Translations under genes and position numbers: made by a program
Source of the DNA: Ptychomitrium polyphyllum
Lineage: Eukaryota
DNA: 64,000 bases
Assembly (NCBI GenBank): GCA_973851085.1
Contig: OZ316776.1
Span: forward strand, 682,001 to 746,000
Direction: 5' to 3'
Part shown: positions 1-10,800 of the stretch, in pieces
Layout: every line of letters starts with the position of its first letter
Numbering within the stretch: position 1 is the stretch's first letter
Notes under the pieces: model-generated
Database searches by the model: none
What the model saw: only the letters and a program-made list of their open reading frames with translations
Told to the model about the DNA's origin: nothing

Positions 1-2261
1 CATTCATTGTTGTCTGCAACCAGTACCGGAGCAACTGCAACTGTGCAAAGGCGCAAACGAAAGGTACATGCGCCTGGTGCGGATCTGTATACACAGGCCG
101 TGGGAGCGGAGGAAGGTTTTGCAACTCTAGGGTGCACTTGACGGAGCTTGTGCAGGAAAAGCTTCTTTTTTTCAAAAACCATTATCTTGACTCAGTATTA
201 GAACATCGTCACTAGACTGTACCCATCTCTTACGTGTGAATTACTTCCAGTAGAGGTTGCAGAGGGTACGACTTTACTTACTCAGGGTAGTAAGTTTGTC
301 GCACCGGTCTGAAGTTGGTTGTACAGGGTGTTATGAGTTGCATACTAAGGTTCAAACTTTAACTTAATCTCAGACACTTGGACAACCCTGTTCAATGACC
401 TGTGTTAACTCACTCACTTAAAGTTGTGATTTTATTGAGAGGTGTGATTTTATTGAATGTATGTTTCCTACTTGAACAGTGGAGTTTAACTGCCATGCCA
501 CCAAGTTAGACCCATGCCTTCATGTGTCCAGTGCCACATGTTCACATTGTTTTTTCTTATTCATTTCCCAAATTTTATGATGAGGTGAGTTTCTTTTGTT
601 GATGAAGAATATAAGTCATGAAATATAACTCAAAATTCAATATGTTACTATTTATTTTCATAATTTAATAAAAAAATCCTTTTAATATTTATTATTGATA
701 CTTATATATAGATTAATTTATATAGTTTGGTCCTTGGGCGCACAAATTTGTTCTAGTGATGATTAGAAGGTACCAATATCAATAATGAATTTTATTTAAA
801 AAAAAATATTTTCTTAAAATAGTATTAGTATCAAGGTCTTTTGCTTTTTCAATTAAATTTTGCTGTGGTTAGGAATTATTATAATTAGTTATATAAAAAA
901 CATGTTGATATCCAAATTAATACCAGTAATATGTTGGTTTAGTTTGGTAGTTTTTGTAATTAAATTGACTTAAAAAAAATTATTCATATTTTTAAATTCA
1001 TATATTAATGTGGTTATTAAAATAATAGAAGTTGAATATTTACAAGCCAAATAAATGATGCTTGATATTTTGAAACTTTAAATCCATTAATTTTAAAAAT
1101 AAAATAGTTATCTATCAAAAATATGAAGTCTAAGTACAAATTTGGAACATTGAAATATACAATAAAAATAAATATTAAAATTTCAAAGTAGAAAATAAAA
1201 ATTTTGGAATTATAAATGCAAAAGTTTTCCAATTCAAAGCATATTTAAGTATCCATCATTTATTATTGTCCTTTTTGAAAAATCAACAATTTATATAGTA
1301 TGAATTTAAATAATTTTTTTGAATTGTTCTTTTAGTAATTTTAATGTCATGTCGAAAAGTAAAAAGTTGAATTTTTTGGAGTCAATTGTCATTTTTTAAT
1401 TTTGTAAGTACCTTCACAATGTAGCAATAATGGATGTTGTATTCTATATTGATGTACTTTTACATGTAATTAAAAAAGATTGTAAACATACTGTATACTA
1501 AATTGCAAAATGTGCACTTATGAAGAGTGAATCCTTATCATGGTGGAAATGATGTGACTCCTTCCTAAATTCCATTCATTACCTTTTAAAGTTATCTAAA
1601 TCTTGCTAAACTATAAATTATAGGTCTTTTTATAACCTTAGAAAATTATTACTTTATTAATACTACCATCCCACATATACATATACATATACATTCCATC
1701 TTGTATCACATTTTCATATCTTTGAACAACTAAATTTTTACAAGGAATAACTCAGTTTTTAACCAAAGCTTATAAATCAACCACTTGTGTATAATCCTAA
1801 TTATAAATACAATAGCTTCAAAAGTCTTTAATTGTATATTCATAAGAATATATTCTCTTCTTTCATTAGATTCTACACCTTCATAAATTGAACATTTAAA
1901 TATGGAGAAGTTTTAAAAGTGTTTCAAACCATTCAAAACTATTCTATATAAAAATAGGCTGTGCTTTGTGTGTGGGAGATATTTGGGTTCCACCTCCGTA
2001 CACATGAAGAATGTAAGAGGAAGCAAACGCCGACTTGGAACCAATACATACGTCATACGCGGTGTGTATTGGTGTAATAACAGGGTATGCCTGGCATGCA
2101 TGTTATGCCCGGTTAGTTTGGTTAATTTGAAAACCAAGATACACTTCGAGATTATCAGCTCGATACTACAGAAATAATCAAGCGGTATTGGGGACGTTAT
2201 TCCCAAACACCCGCAGTAGCCGATGCAGGTTTTGGTTTCTGCGAAGGCTTTAGCTGTGCCT

Positions 2262-2430
2262 CCCTTGGCTCTAACCCTAATCTCCTTGGCCCTAACCCTA
2301 ATCTCCTTGGCCCTAGCCCTAACCCCAACAACCCTAAACCTAGTCCTAACCCACCAACCCTTGCCCTAGCCCTAACCTTAGCCCTAACCCTAGCCCTAAC
2401 CCTAGCCCTAACCCTAGCCATAACCCTAGA
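2262..2430. repeat. Telomere-like hexamer array (CCCTAA/CCCTAG; TTAGGG/CTAGGG on the minus strand)
   Basis: About 2.5 copies of a 21-bp unit ctccttggccctaaccctaat, then a degenerate stretch, then about 5 copies of the 12-bp unit gccctaacccta. Confidence 0.9.
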
Positions 2431-2456
2431 GTCGGAACTGCTTCCTTCACCTTGTC

Positions 2457-2464
2457 TTTATATT
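2457..2464 (+). promoter_or_regulatory. Putative TATA-like box of the snoRNA host transcript
   Basis: tttatatt lies about 30 bp after the telomere-like array and about 65 bp before a splice donor (ag|GTAGCC at 2527). Confidence 0.4.
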
Positions 2465-2587
2465 TCGCATCCAGGCACTATCTCTTTGCAGCCGGCAGAC
2501 TGCAGTCCTTGGTGAACGTTCCTTAGGTAGCCTTGTTTTCAGTGCGGATGTCGTTTGTTCATTGTTGTGTTAACAATATTGAGGGTA

Positions 2588-2655
2588 GGCAGAGGATGAG
2601 ACTTCTGGATTCCCCTTCCGACTACGGTATGAGGAAAAGTCCTGTTTCTGATGCT
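2588..2655 (+). ncRNA. Box C/D snoRNA copy A, predicted 2'-O-methylation guide for 25S rRNA
   Basis: Terminal stem GGCA/TGCT; box C variant AGGATGA 2593-2599; guide GGATTCCCCTT 2607-2617; D' CCGA 2618-2621; C' ATGAGGA 2629-2635; box D CTGA 2648-2651. The guide is complementary to the conserved LSU rRNA segment AAGGGGAAUCC (recalled sequence). Confidence 0.8.
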
Positions 2656-2762
2656 CGTTTTACTGCTGCGTGTAGAGGTGACCGAAGTGGTCAAGATTGG
2701 TGTGCTGAGTCTTTCTGTTAATGTTCGTTGTTAGGGATGTTGGTTTCGTCAAGCAGTTCCTA

Positions 2763-2830
2763 TGCGGATGATGATATTTCTGGATTCCCCTTCCAACTGC
2801 GGTGTGAGGAAAAGTCCTGTCTCTGATGCA
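2763..2830 (+). ncRNA. Box C/D snoRNA copy B, paralog of copy A
   Basis: Terminal stem TGCG/TGCA; canonical box C ATGATGA 2768-2774; same guide GGATTCCCCTT 2782-2792; degenerate D' CCAA; C' GTGAGGA 2804-2810; box D CTGA 2823-2826. 48/52 identical to copy A over 2778-2829 vs 2603-2654. Confidence 0.82.
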
Positions 2831-3605
2831 CCTCGAAACTGCTACTATGTGCCTTAAGGATGTAGTAACTTGTTTTGCGGTACTCAATAAAATAGCTGCT
2901 AGCGCTCGATTCTGACCTTGTAACTGGTCCCCGGTTTCGGATTTCTTGAAGTCGCGAATGTTAAGTATTTCTTCCTCAAAGGTTTTCAGTGTATATTTAA
3001 ACAATTCGTTGGCACCTTGCAGGCAAAGAAATACTCTCCTTCACCTACAGATTGTAAGCGAGGAGACTTTCTTCTAAAAAGTAGAGTACATTCAGCAGAT
3101 AAAAGCAATGACAGTGAGCGTTGTTCTTAATCCCTCGCAAAGGTATGATAAACATTAGTACATTCGGACTGGATACGTCACCCTTTTGGCTGGTGACGAT
3201 CGCTTTGAGTTCAACGTAATGTTCTTCGTGCACTATTAAGTATGACTGCAAATCGCATTTACATGTCCCCAAACATACCCCATAATTATTTTTTCGATTG
3301 GTCTATAATTCGTTTTGCAATTTCTTCTCATAAGTACAATGTATCTGGACTGTGTCCAATTTGAAGACCCTAATTGCTTCTACAAGCACTCCTATTTCCC
3401 ACTGGATCGAAGTTACTAAGGTAATACTTCTGGGCCTTAACTGTGTATCTTTTCCTAAAGAACTAGGGAATCCCCATCAAAGACACTTAAAATTACTAAC
3501 TCTATCCGATCTACTTTTTAGCGTACAGATCTGATACCATGTGTAATACAATTTTTTTATACTTGAAAAGAAGTTGTCTCAGAGAGTTTATCCTTCCTCA
3601 GCAAT

Positions 3606-6194
3606 TTATTGTCCTGGGAATGTCATCTTCTTTGGCGCAAAATCTGTTTTAGGAGCTCTATCTTTCTTGGAAACTTTCCCTTTGCCAATGCCCGAGGGCG
3701 TGCTCGTGGCGGCTCGAACCTGTTTGACTGCTATACCCACAAGGTGTGGATCTTGAAATCCAAGGATCGTTTCATACTTTAAGTCCCCTAAACCTTCCGT
3801 CTCCTGTACAACATTCACAGACATCGTAAACTCCGAGTTATATTGCATTGGTTAGCAGCAACTTATTTATTCACAGCATCCTGTACAGAATGTTAGTTCG
3901 ACCAGTTCTAATCTGACGCGGCAACGCAAAAAATTTCGGGAACAAGTTCTTCGAAAAAGATATTCCATGATGTAGTATAGTGGGCAGTTCATATTTAATA
4001 CTATCCCAAAGTTTCGACTCTTTGGACCTGGGAATCGTATATCATCGCTCATCTCAGTATGCCTTTACTGAGTATTTCCATTACCGTAAACAAATCAATG
4101 AGCTAGCCGTCACTCGGGGTCATTGAATTTGGTGAGAGAAACTAGTACCTGAACAAATGGCAGTACATCACGTGTAACCCTGTAGGTACTTCCTGCCACC
4201 TTGCCGATACTTTCTATCACTTGCTGAGCTGATCGAACCAGCCCATTATCAGATCCAACGTTCTCAACATATATGAAGGGCTGTATCACCAAAAGAACTG
4301 GGTTATTTCAGAAGGGTCTAAACTCCCGACACCTAGGATGCTCGGTATGAAAAATTCATCTTAAATGTGGAAAGGTAGGTTAAACTCCGTGACTACCTCA
4401 TCAACACAATCGTATCTCAGAAATGGTCTAACATCAGCCTTCAACTGCTTAACAAAAGCTATCCTTCATAATGTACATCGAAAAGAATGTCACAGGGAGT
4501 TTGAGTAATATATGTACCTTTCCAGGTTTTAGTACTCGAACAGCATCACGAAGAGCAGACGCAACTTGCTCATCTGACATGTCTGCCATTCCATAAACAC
4601 TCACCTGCAAAACTCAAACCATACTTTGAGCTTAGAAACTGAAGAAAGGAAGCGTAACACTGTACAGCATCTGTAACATTCTTGCCACTACAAAATGCTA
4701 CAAACAATACTGATAATACGATTACCAATACATTTCTCTTCAGCATAAAGTACAGCCCACTCCTGTTAATCCTCACTTAAGGGACTTGAATAAGTACCAC
4801 TGCGTCCATGCAGTTTGCTGGGAGCCCTGAACAGTCGGATACAATTTTGATGGGCACCTTAGCGTTGACAGCTGCTCCCATGTGTACGTCAGAATTTTGA
4901 TCAAATGTAGAACTAGATCACCGCGACATTAAGATACAAATAGTAACTTGAAAAGATACTTGAATTCATTTAAACTCCAAAATATGGCATCTTTGAAGTC
5001 TAGGACAAGAATAAAATCCTGAATTCTAAATAAAAATGTATTATGAAATGTTTTTCAAAGAAAGCCTCTCGATTGTGATTAATGTGACAAAAATAAAATA
5101 GATTGATAAATCCTACAGATGCAGCTCTTGGTCGATACCTTGGCTTTCAAGCAGCTGAACGTTGGGCTTGGGACTGACAGCAACCACTTGCACGGTGTCT
5201 TTCGGGTAATAATACAGATTGCGGCCTTCTCGGATACCTATATCCAAAACCCGTGCCCCACCTCGTGGCACATGCCGGCCAAGCATTGCTGCGATGAAAT
5301 ACTGATGCAAGCCAATTTCGACTCAAATCAGCGCCTCCAGCAAATTTTACCTCCCTCTCTCATTTTTATATTTCAAAAGATAACAATCCAATCAACATAC
5401 CACCAATGAGAAGATTGGTTACTTCTGCGCCTAAGACTACATCACACTCCCTAGAGGATCTTGATCGATTTTATATCAGACACAGGATGATTTCAAAACA
5501 ACTGAACAATTCAAAGTATATGGTGTTCTTTAAATGACTCAGAATGGTCCACACGGAGATGAAACTGAGGCGCTTGGATTTCAAGAAACCAAGGAATTAA
5601 AGATGCAAATTCATGTTCTAGAAGATAAAGTCCAGATTGCGAACTGTATTCTCACACCAAACTAACCAGCATTACAATTCTGAAATGTTAATTGAATTCT
5701 CTCTCCGAACTGGCAGAAAACCTCCGTTGTGACTACAAGCACAAAAACATACGAAATCCTCAACAGTCACGGTAAACCCCAAGGCTCCTCACTTGCATTC
5801 TAAAGTAGACGATAGCGCGGAACACCCCAAAGCTCAGACCGCCAGTGACGACCGTCCCAAGCACAAACGACGTCGTATCAACATCCGTCGGCGACGGCAT
5901 AGCCATGGCCCTCGCTGCTCGCCGCCTTCTCTGCACAACAACGCTCTTTAGTCCATCAACCAATCACCATCACCACGCGCCTCCTAACCTCCTCCAAAAC
6001 TAAGATCAGATGCCACACCTGACAGAAGCTCCTGGCGCTGCAGCAACGCGCAGCCTCAGCTTGGCAGCACCTTGCGTGAGCATCTGCCCGGCCGACGAGG
6101 CCAGCGACCGCGTGCTCTGCTCCGGCGCAGGCCCGCAGCTCCGCCATTGCAAGGTGGAGCCCGCAACACACGAGGAAGCGCAAGCAAACGCCAT
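3606..6194 (-). CDS. SAM-dependent methyltransferase (type 11-like), probably plastid-targeted, 7 exons
   Basis: Exons approx. 6194-6019, 5930-5793, 5301-5139, 4871-4798, 4604-4518, 4280-4149, 3803-3606, joined in frame at GT-AG introns. Motif I-like VLDIGIREG, post-II RVLKPGKPFIYVE, a Ser/Ala/Arg-rich transit peptide and one TM-like segment. An alternative in-frame start codon lies at 6341. Confidence 0.8.
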
Positions 6195-7850
6195 AGCTAG
6201 AGAATCGGTGCAAAACTGTCCGCCGGGTTTGCAACTCCAAAGCTGTGCTCCCCATTGTCCCTTGACTTCCTCCCACGCAGATAAGCCTTCTTCCCCCTCA
6301 ACCGTCACTGCTCCTACAGCCGGCACCACCCCTGCCGACATCTTTGTTGCACCCTCGAGTCTACGCCCTCCGTAGACTCATTGCTACTTCTGTTTCTGTA
6401 ACGCTTACTGACTGTATCGGAAGGGGTGGTTATCTACGTTTTTTGAGATTTAGCTTGTTGATAGATTACCGCAGTATATGATGTTGGTTTTGTGTGCAGT
6501 GACCGTTTATGGATGTGAATCCTTTCACTCATTCTGTAGGACGTGGAGCATGGCTATTTTCATATTTTACTTTTTAACTTAAAAATAAAAATAGAGGTTC
6601 TTGTTTTGAGCTTGGATCTACATGTTAGTTGATTAGTTTTTACTGCATATCTCAAAGTCTGATAGAAGTCATTTTTCACCCAAAATATGATATATTCATT
6701 CTCTTGTAGCATTTTAAATCTGCGTTTCAGCTGTATAATGAAAAGTGGCTACAACAATTTCAAAATACAAATCATTTAACACTATCTGTGTGCTAAGCTA
6801 TTTTGTTCTGTAGCTATTGTTTTCGTTTAGTTGAGGAATATAGCGCTTCTTGGAATTTGGAATTGGTCTGCCTGTATGGATTTGCTATGTAAGAAGTGCA
6901 AAAATATATTTTTGAGAAGATATAGTTTTTAAATATATATTATTGTAAGTTCTTGACATAATAATCAATGAAACTTTGAACGGATGAAAATCTTAATCAT
7001 ATGTAATTAAGGAAAGAACTAAACTACATTTGTAATCCAGGTCCCTGATTCTATGACTTTTAGAGGTTAAGGCTTAATACGTAGGTTTCAATCCTTGCAT
7101 GTACCTAAACTTTCAAGCACCTCCCACACAAGAGGAAAACCCACCTACACCATAATCCAAATCCTATTAAATGCCAATGCAAAACACCGTCCAGTACAAA
7201 CCAACACTATTTACTCTTCACTTTCAGATTAGAGCATCTCAAATTGGGCACTGAACACCAACATCAAACATAAAACACTGTCTCAAATACAATACAGCCT
7301 AACCCATCCCCATCATCCATTTATGTTGGTACTCACTGCGGTTTCTGGAGATGATCCAACGTCAACTCTGTACATAGAGCCCGACATCATCTATGTCTCC
7401 TGTAGAGTTTGCTCTGGAAGCTGTAAGCTTGGGGTAGATACTATCGGTTTCATGCATGCATTAACGAGGGGATAGAAAATGGCCTGGAGATTCGAATTGC
7501 ATGGCTGCAGCGCCCCGCGGACGCGTCTGAGAAATGGATAACCGAGACCTCGTTTCAGGGTATCAATAAATTGGACCGGCGGGATCCGGATCTCAACCCA
7601 GGTGCGAGGCGGGGGCGGGTGTTGACCCGGCTACCGTTTGCGACGTCGAGAGCGTTCTCTTGTGTGAGTTCTCGCACGCGGGGCTCATCTTGCAGCGACG
7701 GAATCGAATGCCGAGCTCGCTCTCGCCATCTCCGCAGTCTTGCCTGGCTACTCTGCTTGCTGTTCTGCGTCGCTTTCCACGCCCACGCACGCTCTGTATT
7801 CGTCTTTTGGGCGCTCTTTCTGCACGGGAGGATCGCACACATTGGCATTG

Positions 7851-10800
7851 ATGAAGCTCTTTATCGAGGTCGACCTCACTCCCGATGAGCTCCCCCTCGC
7901 CACGGAGCTCTTTCGAACCTTACGGTACTAGCTCCCCTCTAGCTCCCCCCCCATCCCCTCCCCCCCCTACCTTCCCCCCCTTTTTCGCGCTACGGTTATG
8001 CCCGTCGTGGCGGGAGTGAGTGTTGATTTTGTGAGGTCTTGGAGTGGTGAGGAGTGAATGTTGGGTGCGTTGTGTGGGGGGTGGTTGTGGAGGGGAGAGT
8101 GAGAGGGAGAGAGCAAGCTAGGGTTTTTAGTTTAGAGTTGTAATGAGTTTTCTGCTTGGGGTTTTAGTGAATTAGAGAAACTGGTAACTTATTAGCGTCT
8201 TACAGTTTGTGGCTGGTGGTTGCGTTTTGGCGGTAGAACAGAGCTTTAGAGGATTTTACTCGTGGCTCTGCGGTTTTTAGGTTTTTGGGTATGTGGTTAG
8301 GTGAATAGTGGAGCTTCTGTTCTCTGAAGGTGTACAGCTAGGTCGTGACTGATTTTCGAGACGGAGGTTGGAATATATTTTTCGAGATGAGAGTAAGGTC
8401 ACACATGTGACCCCCTAACGAGAAGATGCTTTTTTTTTCTGCCTTCCTCAATGTTAAAAGCCCTAGAGCATTTAGTTCATCAGTGTTCATTATTCTTAGG
8501 GTTTTGGTTCTAGGTGGCCTCTTGCATATCCGTGTTTATTTTGGTCACGAAGTATATACGCATATGGATTACTGTTGAATTGAATAGAACAGGGTTTTAG
8601 TCAAGCGAGTGTATTAATCGAGCGGTAGTAGTTCTATGGGAGACGGTCGCAACATGGTCATCTTCCTGTCTAGGGCGTGGTGGGTGACTGGAGCTTTCTG
8701 TGTAGCTTTAAGGCTCAGTAGGGTTTTACTTTTGCAGTTACGGATTGCGCTATATGAACGCATTTTAGAGAGTTGATGAGGTCTGTAATGTTTACGGGAG
8801 TTCTGACTAGTGATCGAAGAAGGCTGATTGGTGGTTTGACTGGCATCAGGGCATTGACGGATCATGTAAAAACACGAGACGTAGGGAAGCTGTTTCAAGC
8901 TCTCATTTCGAGGTTGGATGATGGGACCCAGCTTGACCGAGTCTCAACCGAAGTTGCAACCCTTCTCACAGATCCAATGTCATCTGACATGGTTAGCATT
9001 TTTCCCGCCGTGTTTACTGTTCAGTGCCTTCGATTATGGTAATTTTTTGCTTTTGGTAGAAAGAACGTGTCCTGGATGTGTACCAATCATCAAGTAGGAC
9101 TCCTATTAGGTTCGGCCCCGTACAGATCGGTAGCTCGCTGGAGTTGTTGATTTCTTGAAACAGGATAATTACCGTTACCGTGAAAGAGGCTTGTTTTTCC
9201 AGTCCACCACAGTACTAATTTATGCATATGGTGTGTCAAATGCGAGCTCTGGGCTGTAATTGTAAGGGATTAGAGTCGAGTTGGTAAGTTTGAGGTCTTG
9301 GAACTAAGATGACCAGTCTTTGAAAGGTGAACTTCTTCTTGTAGACATTGGAGGAGTTTCAAGCAGCCTTCGTGGCAGTAGTGTTTAACCATGACTTGGT
9401 TTTGCGACAACAAAGTGTGGTGCCATTCATGTTTCTCTTGCCTAGGTGAGCAGAGTATTGTCTGTGAATTACGGTAAAAACTAGTTGTCGAGTAGGCGAG
9501 GAGTTTGTGATTCGATTTTATTTAGTTCAGGCCTCCTAAGTTCGAAAAGGAGTTAATGTACCATTCCATAGGTTACAGCTATTGTGTTATCAGATCTCAT
9601 GAATGTAGTGCATTTGCCTTATTGTGGTTGAGAGTTTGTTTTTAGCAATTGAGGTTCGCTAATTTAAGTTATGATGGACACGTTTTGATCATAGTGCTGG
9701 TTAGGTTTTGCTTCTATCATTCAGCGGGAATATTCATTCATGTTCATATGTTTACCGTGGTTTGTTGCGGTCTTACATGGAAAGCTTTGTTCAATTCTGC
9801 AGACTTCCAGATCTGGCAAAAGCTCGGATGCGGGATTTTCTTATACCTAAGGTTTTTCCTCACATTTTGTTTGCATTAAATTTGCGTATGGTTAATATAG
9901 TGACAGAGAGGACGGTGTTACACATTGCTGTGCGGCGGTAACCTTATCTTCGTGAAGGCTGGACTCTTTGGTTTCTTTTGTTCTGTTGATGTTGCCTCAG
10001 GAATGCGCGCATGCAATGTACTATTTGCACTGACAAAAACACATACCCTCCTTGAAGGTATTGAAGCATTTGACAGTTAAGAGACCAGTGGAGGCAAGTC
10101 GCATGGATTTTTTTGCTCATGCGGAAGCTTTTGCAGCCCTTGTCAACTTGGAATTTGTTTCTATAAATGGTGCGTTCAAGGATTGGAGATTCTTTTCGTT
10201 TTTTGAATGTCAATAGGCCATCATATATGTGAGCCATTATTGATGTTCTATCTATTCAGATGAAGTTTTATCTATCTTTTGCAGGTGCTATCACCACTAT
10301 AATCACTTTGTTAAGAAAGCCAGAGACCCGATGTGCTGCGGTTACCATGCTTGGGAAGACTGTAGAACTGTGTCTGCAGCAGGTACATACCTTTCTCTAG
10401 TTTGGGATGTGCCCTACTACTTTCAATGGCGTATAATGTTTCTCGATCTGACGAGTGCTATAAATAGCGACACAAGTCGAAGAGGTTGCAATGTAAAAAA
10501 GCCGTCTAAATGATTGTATTGAGAATGCATCTATTTGATTTGCAGTTGACTGAGAAGTGCGATCCCAGTACACTTCAAGACTTAAATACTACTCTACAAA
10601 ATGTCACTGAAGACGCATTTCAGTGAGTATGCTTTACCTTGATAATCTCCTTTTTTGTCCGAATCTTTTTGGGAACAAGAACTGCGTGACCGGGTGTATT
10701 AGTTAATTCACTACGAGATAGTTCCATGTGTAATTCCATGTGTGATTGACGAGGTATTGCGTTGGGCAAACTTTAGCGTGAGCACAATGGGCAAACTACA

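Noticed and set aside
560..1960. Very AT-rich block (also about 15150-15830 and 37920-38850) as transposon coding sequence
   Set aside because: No recognisable transposase, RT or integrase motifs; the ORFs are low-complexity I/F/N/K artefacts.
2197..2421. ORF MARVRARVRAR..GLGLG
   Set aside because: It is only the translation of the hexamer repeat.
2603..2829. Direct repeats as a CRISPR array or LTR pair
   Set aside because: Only two copies in a eukaryotic context with no TG..CA ends; the C/D snoRNA boxes explain them.
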